Source of the DNA: a virus
IMG/VR virus record: IMGVR_UViG_3300009702_000025
Span: 1,580-65,579 of that record
DNA length: 64,000 nucleotides
Reading direction: 5' to 3' (one strand)
The stretch's first letter is position 1. Each line of letters opens with the position of its first letter. The notes below the pieces were generated by a model, which saw only the letters and a list, made by a program, of their open reading frames with translations, ran no database searches and had not been told where the DNA came from. The translations under genes were made by a program, and so were the position numbers. Below, piece by piece: positions 38,380 through 46,948 of the stretch.

Positions 38380-39381
38380 ATGAACATTATCGCAATCGGG
38401 TTTCTTCTCCTGTTCGCGTATATTTTCGGTATGCTGCATCACTCGATTATTGCGCGCCGTAGGTTAGGAGAGACTTGGGTTCAAATCATGTTATCCGATA
38501 GCCAGCACAGACGGGAGAAAAAACAACTCCGTGCCGCTTTGCGTGCCCAAGTCAACACAGACACAGGCACAGTCGGAGAAGCTGAAGTTGAGACGAAAGT
38601 TGAGCCTGCACCTGCACCTGTATCTGAACCTGATGAAGCAACTGTCCAGATTACATCTCGTATATATAAGCCGGGTACTCCTCATGTACCAACTCAAATT
38701 GTTGAAGTTGACACTAACTCTGAAGTACCCATAGAACCTACTTCAATACCAGAAGTGCAATCACAAGTTCCAGCCGTACCCGTACCAGTACTAGTAGAGC
38801 CTGCCACGATTATTGCTCCCTCTGCACCTACTGCGCGCTCAACACAACGCCAACTCATCGAACAGGCTGTCAAGTCATCTGTTGTGGAAACACTACCACA
38901 TGAGACTGAAGAACCACCTACCGCAACAATTACGTTGGACGTAGAGGCATCTCTACGTACTGAAGTACCAGAAGGTATCGACCGTAATGTCATGCTCAAG
39001 CAACGTGATGGCGTATTGCGTACACTTGATGCACACATGGTCATGGCACGTAACAGCGGGAACCAAGATCGTATCTTGCGGCTATCGGCTGCTATGGACG
39101 AAATCCGTCATTCCGAAATCGAAGTTCTTTTAGGTAGAGGACTTAGTTTAACGAAAGGTACTTCCATGCACGCATGTAAAAAATGTCAGGAGACACTTGT
39201 CAAAGGGGCAATTGCAGTACTGAAGGACCATCTTCAAGTAGCTGAAGCGAACCAGAATGAAGGCGGTATCAAATCTCTAAAAGCCGGTATTAACGATCTT
39301 ACAGTACTAAATACGGATAGTATCTACTCACGAGGGCAACTTGCCCAACGTGCGGAAGCTAAATCCGAAGTAGCAGCCTAA
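38380..39381 (+). CDS. Membrane-anchored protein with Pro/Thr/Glu-rich linker (333 aa)
   Basis: N-terminal TM, low-complexity middle, helical C-terminus. Confidence 0.75.
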   Translation: MNIIAIGFLLLFAYIFGMLHHSIIARRRLGETWVQIMLSDSQHRREKKQLRAALRAQVNTDTGTVGEAEVETKVEPAPAPVSEPDEATVQITSRIYKPGTPHVPTQIVEVDTNSEVPIEPTSIPEVQSQVPAVPVPVLVEPATIIAPSAPTARSTQRQLIEQAVKSSVVETLPHETEEPPTATITLDVEASLRTEVPEGIDRNVMLKQRDGVLRTLDAHMVMARNSGNQDRILRLSAAMDEIRHSEIEVLLGRGLSLTKGTSMHACKKCQETLVKGAIAVLKDHLQVAEANQNEGGIKSLKAGINDLTVLNTDSIYSRGQLAQRAEAKSEVAA

Positions 39382-39944
39382 TGGCAGATATAGCAGTAAA
39401 TACCGGTGCAAGCATCACGCGAGTGATAGAGCAAGAATTGTTAATGTCACTCGACCATCTACCAAATTGCCCAACACTTCACATGCCAGTAGAGGAAGTT
39501 AGCGAAAAGCATTGCACTTGTGGTGCAGTACTTGCAGAAAAGAACAAATACATTGCGTTGCTAGGAACACGATTACTCCAGCAGCGTGATGCACGCGACA
39601 AACTGTTACGCAACATTGTGGAAGCTATCGATCAATCAGTTACCCGCTTGGAAAACCCTCAACGTCCACATACTAGCGTTCGAGATGCTAAAGTAAGTGT
39701 GGAGACACTTCGTTTTGCTACTGGTTTGATTGTGAAAGCGTTCACTGGCTCTCTCAACAAAAATGTCTCAGAACATGCTGACCAGTTAGCAGGACGTTTG
39801 ACTGATATGATGGAGAATGGGTTAACTGACCAGTTAATAGAGTTCTGCATTACTGGCTTGGAAGGGGACGTTCGAGAAGCTACCAAAGCTAGAATTGAGA
39901 AATCACTTCAATTTGTAGTACATGGTGCAGCCAGCCCAATATAG
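39381..39944 (+). CDS. Hypothetical helical protein (187 aa)
   Basis: TAATG coupling; H..NC..HCTC motif. Confidence 0.7.
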   Translation: MADIAVNTGASITRVIEQELLMSLDHLPNCPTLHMPVEEVSEKHCTCGAVLAEKNKYIALLGTRLLQQRDARDKLLRNIVEAIDQSVTRLENPQRPHTSVRDAKVSVETLRFATGLIVKAFTGSLNKNVSEHADQLAGRLTDMMENGLTDQLIEFCITGLEGDVREATKARIEKSLQFVVHGAASPI

Positions 39945-40036
39945 ACACAAACTAAGCTATCTGATAAAAAAGATACTGCCTGACACTTGACACCTAACAA
40001 TACCTGTGGATAGCTCGAAAAGAGGAATGACAACTC

Positions 40037-40210
40037 GTGAATGATATAGTAAGGTTAGCTAGTCAACTTCACAACGCAGTGGATGCAATCGCCGTAGTTT
40101 TAGCCTTCATTGTACTCGCAATGACGATCTGGAAGAACCGGAACTTGCAACCACAAGACGCTTCATGGGTAGCTATTGCACTCTGCGCTATCGCTTACGT
40201 CACGAAGTGA
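40037..40210 (+). CDS. 57-aa two-TM protein, holin/pinholin candidate (not in the track)
   Basis: GTG start after GAGGA; MNDIVRLASQLHNAVDAIAVVLAFIVLAMTIWKNRNLQPQDASWVAIALCAIAYVTK*; upstream of the amidase. Confidence 0.45.
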   Translation: MNDIVRLASQLHNAVDAIAVVLAFIVLAMTIWKNRNLQPQDASWVAIALCAIAYVTK

Positions 40211-40233
40211 CCTAGACCTAGACCTAGACCTAG
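40208..40233. repeat. Tandem hexamer (GACCTA)x4
   Basis: TGACCTAGACCTAGACCTAGACCTAGATC. Confidence 0.85.
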
Positions 40234-40413
40234 ATCGAGATCGCATTCTCGCGTTCTCGCGTTACAGAACACGCCAAGGCGCTACCCCGCTGTCTTGCGT
40301 GCTTGAGAGGGAGATGCGGACACGGTATTGCTTCCCGTGTCTCCCTTTCATTCTCTGAAACTGACCGAACCTCAACACAAAATGGCGACCACTTAGTAAG
40401 TGGTAAGGATTTA

Positions 40414-41130
40414 ATGTCTCGTGCGTCTGCAATTATAGTGGCAGTCATAGCAGCACTAATACCGTTACTCATAATAGCTGAAAAAACCCAATTTGGCAAA
40501 TGGAATAAATGTACAGGGCTTGAAGGATTAGAAACTGTAATAAGCAAGGAAGGTATATTGGTTCACTCAGCTTACTTAGGAGTTAAAGACCGATCTAGTA
40601 AAACTGCAAAGTACGGAGTAAAAGCTACCAAGCGTAGAAAAGATTTCTCCGCGATAGTAATTCATTCAACTATAAATCCCGAAATATCAAAACTAATTAA
40701 ATACGGTCACAGCTACGACTATAAACGTAAAGGTTCTTTCGGGTATCATTTCTATATCGACCAAAAAGGCAATATTCAACAAGCTGCCCCACTCACTAAA
40801 CGTACCAACCACGTTTTGCCTCCTAAGAATAAGAACCGAAAAAAAAACAAGTGGGGATGGATTGCAAACTGGAACTCAATCAGTATCGGAGTAGTAGGCG
40901 CGCTCAGCGTAAAAACTACTGAGGAAAATGGACAAAAACTCCACATTGCTACGGAGAAAATGACATTTGCTCAGTTGGATGCTCTACTCGCTTTAGTAAC
41001 TATGCTTCGTGATTACTACGAAATAGAAAGCGATAATATAGTGGGTCATGGGGAACTTCAAACTAATAGGTTAAGAGTGGAAGGAAATAAAGCCAGAAGT
41101 ATCAGAGAGAACCCTAAAATCTGTTATTAA
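40414..41130 (+). CDS. N-acetylmuramoyl-L-alanine amidase (Amidase_2-type endolysin) with N-terminal hydrophobic segment
   Basis: IVIHST, FGYHFYIDQKG, NWNSISIGVVG, IVGHGEL; start ATG 40414 preferred. Confidence 0.85.
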   Translation: MSRASAIIVAVIAALIPLLIIAEKTQFGKWNKCTGLEGLETVISKEGILVHSAYLGVKDRSSKTAKYGVKATKRRKDFSAIVIHSTINPEISKLIKYGHSYDYKRKGSFGYHFYIDQKGNIQQAAPLTKRTNHVLPPKNKNRKKNKWGWIANWNSISIGVVGALSVKTTEENGQKLHIATEKMTFAQLDALLALVTMLRDYYEIESDNIVGHGELQTNRLRVEGNKARSIRENPKICY

Positions 41131-41168
41131 AATTCCATTACTATTTTTGATAAAGAGGAATTATTTCC

Positions 41169-41197
41169 TTGACGCATTCCGACCTTTGTGTTAGTTT
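41169..41197 (+). promoter_or_regulatory. Promoter with GACCTTTGTGT element
   Basis: TTGACG-17-TAGTTT. Confidence 0.6.
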
Positions 41198-41219
41198 ACA
41201 CACAAGATAACTAAGGGAT

Positions 41220-41882
41220 GTGAAGATACTAATGGATGTGAACGAAGTAAGGGTTTGTTGTCTAGCTGGAACTGGTGGTACAGGCAAAACTACGGTTGTC
41301 GAAAACCTACTTGAGGCATACCCTCGTAAATTCCGTTTCAAACCTTCTATAGTACGAGCATTTTACAAAAAGGCCGGTATTAAAAGAGAAGAAGATTTTT
41401 TCAACGGACTTTCAAAATATGAACAGTCCGACTTTCAAGTTTCCTTGATGAAGTACTACATGTGCACTTTGAACGAAGAAATACAAGATGTCGTCTCGAT
41501 TGCTCCTGAGCATCGCCCGCACTTGCTACTAGATCGTTCAATCTACGATCACGTTGCCTATTGGTTCGTTTACTGCATGACGAGCCTTAGTGAGGCTGAC
41601 ATAGCCACTGTGCAGGTTGAGATCGATACGTTCAAGATGTGGCCAACTCGGATCGTTTATTTTCCCTTTCCGGTTGGCTGGGACTACGCGAATGGTGCTG
41701 ACGGTTTCCGTTTTCGCTCATGGGGTAAGGACTTCGTGCACGATAGTGTTCTACGTCGCCTGTTGCGTGACAACTATCTGTCGCGTGGTACTGAACCCTT
41801 GAAGCTATTCACTCTTACAAATAATAGTGACGTGCCGTTTAGATCAAACTTGGTCTACAAGCACGCCACTGGAAATTGGTGA
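41220..41882 (+). CDS. P-loop NTPase of the nucleotide-kinase/AAA_28 type
   Basis: GTGGTGKTT Walker A; LLLDRSIYDHVAY (DRS motif of dNMP/dN kinases). Confidence 0.75.
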   Translation: MKILMDVNEVRVCCLAGTGGTGKTTVVENLLEAYPRKFRFKPSIVRAFYKKAGIKREEDFFNGLSKYEQSDFQVSLMKYYMCTLNEEIQDVVSIAPEHRPHLLLDRSIYDHVAYWFVYCMTSLSEADIATVQVEIDTFKMWPTRIVYFPFPVGWDYANGADGFRFRSWGKDFVHDSVLRRLLRDNYLSRGTEPLKLFTLTNNSDVPFRSNLVYKHATGNW

Positions 41883-41890
41883 GACGATAT

Positions 41891-42301
41891 CTAGACGTCA
41901 TTACTAACAGGAGATTTTTCTTCGCCGTGCTTTCTCTCATACCGAAAACAACCGGGAGGCCACGTTTCACCGGCCTTGGGCTTACAACGGTAAGTCTTAG
42001 TATCACCAAAAGGTGGAAGGATCGGGTTTTTCTCCTCTGTCTTTACCTTGCGCTTTGCTTCACGTTCGCGGTGCTTGTCGTCGAAACCCTTACTCTTAGT
42101 ACCCTTTTTATCATTGGCTTTCTTTTCGTTTGGTTCGACGACTTGTATCTGCGGTTTGTCGCCTTTTGCAGTACAGCCCGCAAGTCCTACGAGAATAGAA
42201 AGTGTGAATAGCAACAGGATACTAGAGAGCGACACTTGAACACACATGGATAGCTTGTCAAGTTTTGCCTCTTTAATACGGAAGTTAGGATTTAGCCGCA
42301 T
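41891..42301 (-). CDS. Putative lipoprotein on the opposite strand
   Basis: GGAG RBS before ATG 42301; hydrophobic stretch then lipobox LAGC; Lys/Glu-rich body. Confidence 0.55.
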   Translation of the reverse strand: MRLNPNFRIKEAKLDKLSMCVQVSLSSILLLFTLSILVGLAGCTAKGDKPQIQVVEPNEKKANDKKGTKSKGFDDKHREREAKRKVKTEEKNPILPPFGDTKTYRCKPKAGETWPPGCFRYERKHGEEKSPVSNDV

Positions 42302-42319
42302 GGAATTTCTCCCCATCTC

Positions 42320-42883
42320 ATGACGAAATATCCTAACGGAAAATGGCAAAATAGTGAATGGATAAGTATGATGTCACATAAAGTACAATTGATGGTCGGT
42401 AAGTGGCAATTAAGGTTCCTCTTTCTGGCAGGTACGATTTCGAGTTTTTCAAAAGACCCGAGTACAAAGGTCGGAGCAATCATAGCCAGACCAGACAATA
42501 CAGTCGCTAGCATGGGCTTCAACGGTTTCCCACGCGGTATCAAAGACAACCCTGCAATTCTGAGGGACCGGGAGGAGAAATATCTTCGGATCGTTCATGC
42601 TGAAGCTAATGCTATCGTAACAGCACACGAACCACTTCATGGCTACAACTTTTTCTGCACACACCCACCATGTGGGCAGTGCTGTGGCTTAATTATTCAA
42701 TCTGGCATTTCACGAGTATATTGGGTTAATCCAATAGACCACTATTCCGAGAGATGGCAGAAAAACACTCAAGTAACGTCAATGCTACTTGAAGAGGCCG
42801 GTATACCCTATATTAGGGTTGAAATTGAAAAAGTGATGCGAGAGGCAAGAGACTTAAATCCAATTGAGGACGGAAATGGCTAA
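42320..42883 (+). CDS. dCMP deaminase
   Basis: SKDPSTKVGAII, GFNGFPRG, HAEANA, HPPCGQC; true start may be ATG 42392. Confidence 0.92.
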   Translation: MTKYPNGKWQNSEWISMMSHKVQLMVGKWQLRFLFLAGTISSFSKDPSTKVGAIIARPDNTVASMGFNGFPRGIKDNPAILRDREEKYLRIVHAEANAIVTAHEPLHGYNFFCTHPPCGQCCGLIIQSGISRVYWVNPIDHYSERWQKNTQVTSMLLEEAGIPYIRVEIEKVMREARDLNPIEDGNG

Positions 42884-43064
42884 GAAGAAGTATGATAAGG
42901 ACTAAATGCTCATACTAATACGATAAAAAAAATGAGCGCCGAGTTAAGTATGGGGGAGGAGGAGGGGGTAGGCCCCTACCTGCTTGGCTTCACAGCAGAA
43001 GAAAAACCCCGGTTCCAAGACCGGATAAAAAGAAGAACTCAGACGATACAGGAGAACATGAGGT

Positions 43065-43430
43065 ATGTCAACTGTAGACACACAAAAGTCTAACCCTTTG
43101 AAATCGAAAGGGGAAAAATTTTCGAAAACGAAACTGGCTCCAAATGAGGTTGTCGTCAAAGTACAGAAACCAATCGCTACGAACGATCCGAGAATGCGTA
43201 GGAGCTATCTGATCTATGACGAAGGCAGGGTCCGTGTCACACAGCAACGCCTCACTAAGCCAGACAAGCAGGCTATCGGCAGTGACTTAAAATGTTACTT
43301 CGTTGCTTGCTGGCGCAACACGGCTACACAACAGCATAGCGTGAAGCTGATAAATTCACCCGACCAGAAGTTCGGTCAATGGTCTCTCCAATACAAAATC
43401 GAGGACGAAAGCTATGAACCAGACTGGTGA
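43065..43430 (+). CDS. Hypothetical protein (121 aa)
   Basis: GAGG RBS; VVVKVQKPI...YLIYDE. Confidence 0.7.
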   Translation: MSTVDTQKSNPLKSKGEKFSKTKLAPNEVVVKVQKPIATNDPRMRRSYLIYDEGRVRVTQQRLTKPDKQAIGSDLKCYFVACWRNTATQQHSVKLINSPDQKFGQWSLQYKIEDESYEPDW

Positions 43431-43653
43431 TGAGAATAAAGGCTCCTTAGAATATAGAAAAAAAGTCAAATCCAAGGAGGTACTTAGCATAGCCCAAGCA
43501 CTAATTGATACGGTTATGAAGGAGACCGATGATCCAATGGTAGCAATGGCCGCGCTAAAGACTGCTGCTACTGCTATCGAGAACATGGTTGCGGCAGAAG
43601 GACTAAGGACTGCCCTTCATAATGCACTCAACTCTAGTGGAGATAAATTCTAA
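43414..43653 (+). CDS. Hypothetical protein (79 aa)
   Basis: ORF track, coupled. Confidence 0.65.
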   Translation: MNQTGDENKGSLEYRKKVKSKEVLSIAQALIDTVMKETDDPMVAMAALKTAATAIENMVAAEGLRTALHNALNSSGDKF

Positions 43654-44174
43654 TGGCGTACAGTGACTATGGAGGTTACGCCTTCTTGAATGGTGAGCGT
43701 GTAATAGAACGCTCTGATGCAACTATCTATCCCGGAGGTAAACTGGACAGTACACCGGGTCAGTATCCGGGTTGGTTCAAGACACTAGAACAGCGTGGAC
43801 AGGGAGAAGACTTTCACGTCGTACTTGGGGACGAAAACTTCTTCGTTGGTATGCACAAGCAAAGCTATGTCGTTGCGCTCCACAATGGTAAGCGCACCGT
43901 CCTTGAAGTACCTGAAGATATAGGAGAGATTATCGAGAAGCGCATCGCAAGTGGTGAGCACGTCGGTTATGAATATAAGATCGACGACTATACCATAAGT
44001 GTCTTTTGGGTAGAGACAGACAACCACTACGTCTTCGTTGAATTAGTAATGACAAATGACGATGTGTGGACTGGTTTCTCAGGGTACGGTGTAGGTGCCG
44101 GCCTTGATGACGGATGCTGCGGATATAGCACTGAAGCTCAAGTCTCGCTGATGTGGGAGTTATTCAATGTCTGA
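43653..44174 (+). CDS. Hypothetical protein (173 aa)
   Basis: TAATG coupling; MAYSDYGGYAF..., W.GFSGYGVGAG. Confidence 0.75.
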   Translation: MAYSDYGGYAFLNGERVIERSDATIYPGGKLDSTPGQYPGWFKTLEQRGQGEDFHVVLGDENFFVGMHKQSYVVALHNGKRTVLEVPEDIGEIIEKRIASGEHVGYEYKIDDYTISVFWVETDNHYVFVELVMTNDDVWTGFSGYGVGAGLDDGCCGYSTEAQVSLMWELFNV

Positions 44175-44415
44175 CATGAGACGTGGTGGGAGACGCCGTG
44201 GTGGCGACGGGCCAACTACTGAAGAGATCGTTAATCTCGCGTCATTCATCGCGTGGCACGAGAACAACGATGTGCACGCATGTGTTGTTCCTCTCGATGC
44301 GTTCGAGACGTTGGCAAAGTTGGTTGATATCCCGACTGAAAAATTGTTCGATATAGTAAGAGGGTCAGAAGATTGGACGGACTGGGCTGGGTCTTCGGAT
44401 GGGTCACAACAGTAG
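44167..44415 (+). CDS. Hypothetical protein (82 aa)
   Basis: ORF track, coupled. Confidence 0.6.
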   Translation: MSDMRRGGRRRGGDGPTTEEIVNLASFIAWHENNDVHACVVPLDAFETLAKLVDIPTEKLFDIVRGSEDWTDWAGSSDGSQQ

Positions 44416-44627
44416 TACTGCTGTTCTTCATCTGGTACAACGCACTTAACTGGTACATAAACGGCGGAGTTAAATCGAATGTAAGAATGGCAAAAAAGAT
44501 ATCAAACCCTACTAACTTCACCGAGAAGTTGGTTTTTGCTTATCTTCTTGGTACTCTGCTTGTTTGTTGGTTACTTAATCGCAACAGGGAAGTGGACACT
44601 ACATCTCAACATACGTTGGACGACTAG
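44373..44627 (+). CDS. Small membrane protein (84 aa)
   Basis: Two hydrophobic segments. Confidence 0.55.
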   Translation: MDGLGWVFGWVTTVVLLFFIWYNALNWYINGGVKSNVRMAKKISNPTNFTEKLVFAYLLGTLLVCWLLNRNREVDTTSQHTLDD

Positions 44628-44677
44628 TACAGTAAACATTCGAGAAGTACCACTTGCAGGTGTTACGTATGAGCCAG

Positions 44678-44706
44678 TTGACACAGCGGTAACACAATAG
44701 TACGAT
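44678..44706 (+). promoter_or_regulatory. Sigma70-like promoter
   Basis: TTGACA-17-TACGAT with TAACACAA in the spacer. Confidence 0.65.
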
Positions 44707-44732
44707 AACAACACACGCGGGAGAGATAACGC

Positions 44733-45275
44733 ATGGTTACGAAAACAGATCAACCGGAGAAACCATTCTCCCACATACGAGATGGCAACAAAGCGTACTG
44801 GTCAGTGCCATATGATATGGAGTTCCGCGAAGCCGAACCTCCCAATGTGGAGAACAAAGACCTTCTCGCGCTGTCATGTATCGGGCACCACGTAGTTACA
44901 TCACAGTTCAAGTACTGTCCCTCTTATCACGTCGTTTTTTCTCGCAACGTTAAGACACCGGCTGACCAGAAGGGAATGCCTGATCCAGAAGATTACACCA
45001 TCGTCATTAACAAGGTGACTGGACGTATCGTCTATCTCTCCCGTGCTTACTCAGAGATGGAAGCCGTGGTCTCATGGTACGCACGTGAGCATGGGCATGA
45101 CGGATCGGTTCTGTGTTTGGATCGAACGACTGATGAGTTCTATATCGAGGCACCACGTACTGATCTTATCGTTGCGTTGAACGATGAGGGTCAAGAAGTC
45201 CCATTGGATGAAGCAACAAAGCGTGAGTACAGGATCGATCTACACTCAAATGCGGTGATGCTTCATGGAGAATAA
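44733..45275 (+). CDS. Hypothetical protein (180 aa)
   Basis: GGGAG RBS. Confidence 0.75.
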   Translation: MVTKTDQPEKPFSHIRDGNKAYWSVPYDMEFREAEPPNVENKDLLALSCIGHHVVTSQFKYCPSYHVVFSRNVKTPADQKGMPDPEDYTIVINKVTGRIVYLSRAYSEMEAVVSWYAREHGHDGSVLCLDRTTDEFYIEAPRTDLIVALNDEGQEVPLDEATKREYRIDLHSNAVMLHGE

Positions 45276-45334
45276 AGGGTATCTACAGTATACCCTCTCG
45301 CTACTACTTAGAAACGAGAAACGGAGGTAACTAC

Positions 45335-45799
45335 GTGAGCAGTTTTGGAAATGGAAGTACAAATGGTACAGCTAGAAGGCTGACCTTTTCAATCAATACT
45401 CCGGAGAACCTAGTAACGGGGCGGCTTTACAAACTGGCGAAGCGTTTGGATGTCCCGATTGTCAGCCTGTATCGCCACAACCTTGATGTCTATGAACTCC
45501 TGCTAAAGCAGGCTGAAGACGCGCTTGGGTCCGGCGCAAGTAAGATGATGAATGAAGCTGTATCCATGGTCTCTATGTCCACCGTGATCCGCGAGGAAGG
45601 TATCGATAATAAGAAGGGGAGCCAAATACAAGAACTCCTCAAGCGTAGTGGACGGCCTGACCTGTCAGAATTTGTTAACGGCCTCATGACTGTTGAACTA
45701 GCGCTACTGATCGACCGCGCACGTTACAGGGTAGCGTACCCTGACATTGAAGACGACGATGACAATGAGGATGAAGATACGGAGGCTAATGCTGTCTGA
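45335..45799 (+). CDS. Hypothetical protein with possible ribbon-helix-helix N-terminus
   Basis: GGAGG RBS; RRLTFSIN..LYKLAKRLDVPIVSLYR pattern. Confidence 0.65.
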   Translation: MSSFGNGSTNGTARRLTFSINTPENLVTGRLYKLAKRLDVPIVSLYRHNLDVYELLLKQAEDALGSGASKMMNEAVSMVSMSTVIREEGIDNKKGSQIQELLKRSGRPDLSEFVNGLMTVELALLIDRARYRVAYPDIEDDDDNEDEDTEANAV

Positions 45800-46185
45800 T
45801 GCCTCAACCGCTACGTGTCAGCGTGCGGATGTCATTTGCTGAAAAGTCCGAACTGTATTGGATATTCACTCGCCGTAAGCGAGAGGGCGAGCGGGACGCG
45901 GACGTTCTTCGTAGGATGGTCATTCGCTACAATCAGATGCTACAGAACTCCTCCATGCCTGATCCAAATGGTGTGATGGTTCTCTCTCAACTGTTGTCCC
46001 AGAACTCTATCGATCTGATGTTCCAATCGGAATATCCGAAACGTAGTGACGTGTCCAAAGTCATAGAAGCCGCTGCTATACCAGAAGAAGACAGACGCAA
46101 ACTGACTATCTGGATAGAAGAGATGACTTATGGAGATTATTGCAAACTCATTGAGGCAGTGGAGAATTATTACAATGGCAGATAA
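45799..46185 (+). CDS. Hypothetical protein with possible ribbon-helix-helix N-terminus
   Basis: LRVSVRMSFAEKSEL...DADVLRRMV. Confidence 0.65.
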   Translation: MPQPLRVSVRMSFAEKSELYWIFTRRKREGERDADVLRRMVIRYNQMLQNSSMPDPNGVMVLSQLLSQNSIDLMFQSEYPKRSDVSKVIEAAAIPEEDRRKLTIWIEEMTYGDYCKLIEAVENYYNGR

Positions 46186-46254
46186 GTTCTTCTGTCCCTG
46201 CGGTTCCAACGACACACGGATACAATATGTGTAAGAGAGCGGAGTTAAAAAGAG

Positions 46255-46506
46255 ATGGCGACAAGTGAAGAAGAAATACGTTGGAAAATCAATCAGGCTC
46301 TCCGTCTGACGAATGGTCAACTGACAGAAGGGATGTTAGAACGACATCTCACAAGTAGAGTAACAGCTTCAACAAGAAAGGCGGTGCTGACCAAGATGAA
46401 ACAGGAGGGACTACTAAATATAGTAGAGCGTCCAGAGAACTCCTACAAGGGATACGCAACTACGGTACGTCTCATCAAGAAAGTCGAGACTGATCCTAAT
46501 GCCTAG
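46255..46506 (+). CDS. Small winged-helix-like protein (83 aa)
   Basis: Helix-rich N-terminus then VLTKMKQEGLLNIVE beta wing. Confidence 0.55.
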   Translation: MATSEEEIRWKINQALRLTNGQLTEGMLERHLTSRVTASTRKAVLTKMKQEGLLNIVERPENSYKGYATTVRLIKKVETDPNA

Positions 46507-46708
46507 AACACGTAAAGCTAGTCGATGCTATCGGTGTGGTAAAGCAGTTAAGGCAGGGGATGGTAACTTCGAATTGGTAACTCATTCTCACAAAAAGAAG
46601 TGGCCGAAAATCAGGGTAGGAGTTTGTATTTCGCAACATGCTGATTGTGCCATTACTTATCAAGGCACACCAGTTCACTACAAATACAAACCAGCAAAGG
46701 AAGTATGA
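46499..46708 (+). CDS. Small Cys/His protein (69 aa)
   Basis: CYRCG...HADC. Confidence 0.6.
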   Translation: MPRTRKASRCYRCGKAVKAGDGNFELVTHSHKKKWPKIRVGVCISQHADCAITYQGTPVHYKYKPAKEV

Positions 46709-46924
46709 ATGACAGAGTTCTCATCAAATATAGACAATGAAGACGATGAAGCTAAGATCGTCGAACTCATCAAGAAGAAATTCCCCAGCGCGGTGCGCGT
46801 TGTGGTCTCGGTTACGCACAAGGAACATGATGTACAAGCTCAATACAAAGACGTGAGCGGACCAGATCATGGTGCGTCGTATACTTGTCTCGATGGACAT
46901 AGTGCTCATAGGCGTAGTGCTTAA
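46709..46924 (+). CDS. Hypothetical protein (71 aa)
   Basis: ORF track, coupled. Confidence 0.55.
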   Translation: MTEFSSNIDNEDDEAKIVELIKKKFPSAVRVVVSVTHKEHDVQAQYKDVSGPDHGASYTCLDGHSAHRRSA

Positions 46925-46948
46925 GATCAGAGACAGGAACAACAGAGC

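Noticed and set aside
41876-42211. Hydrophobic plus-strand ORF as a holin
   Set aside because: Its Phe/Leu richness is what the antisense of a Lys/Glu-rich minus-strand gene produces; the minus ORF has an RBS and lipobox
42876-43060. MAKKKYDKD* mini-ORF and a Gly-run frame (KYGGGGGGRPLP)
   Set aside because: All frames are interrupted by stops; cannot distinguish a decayed gene from spacer sequence
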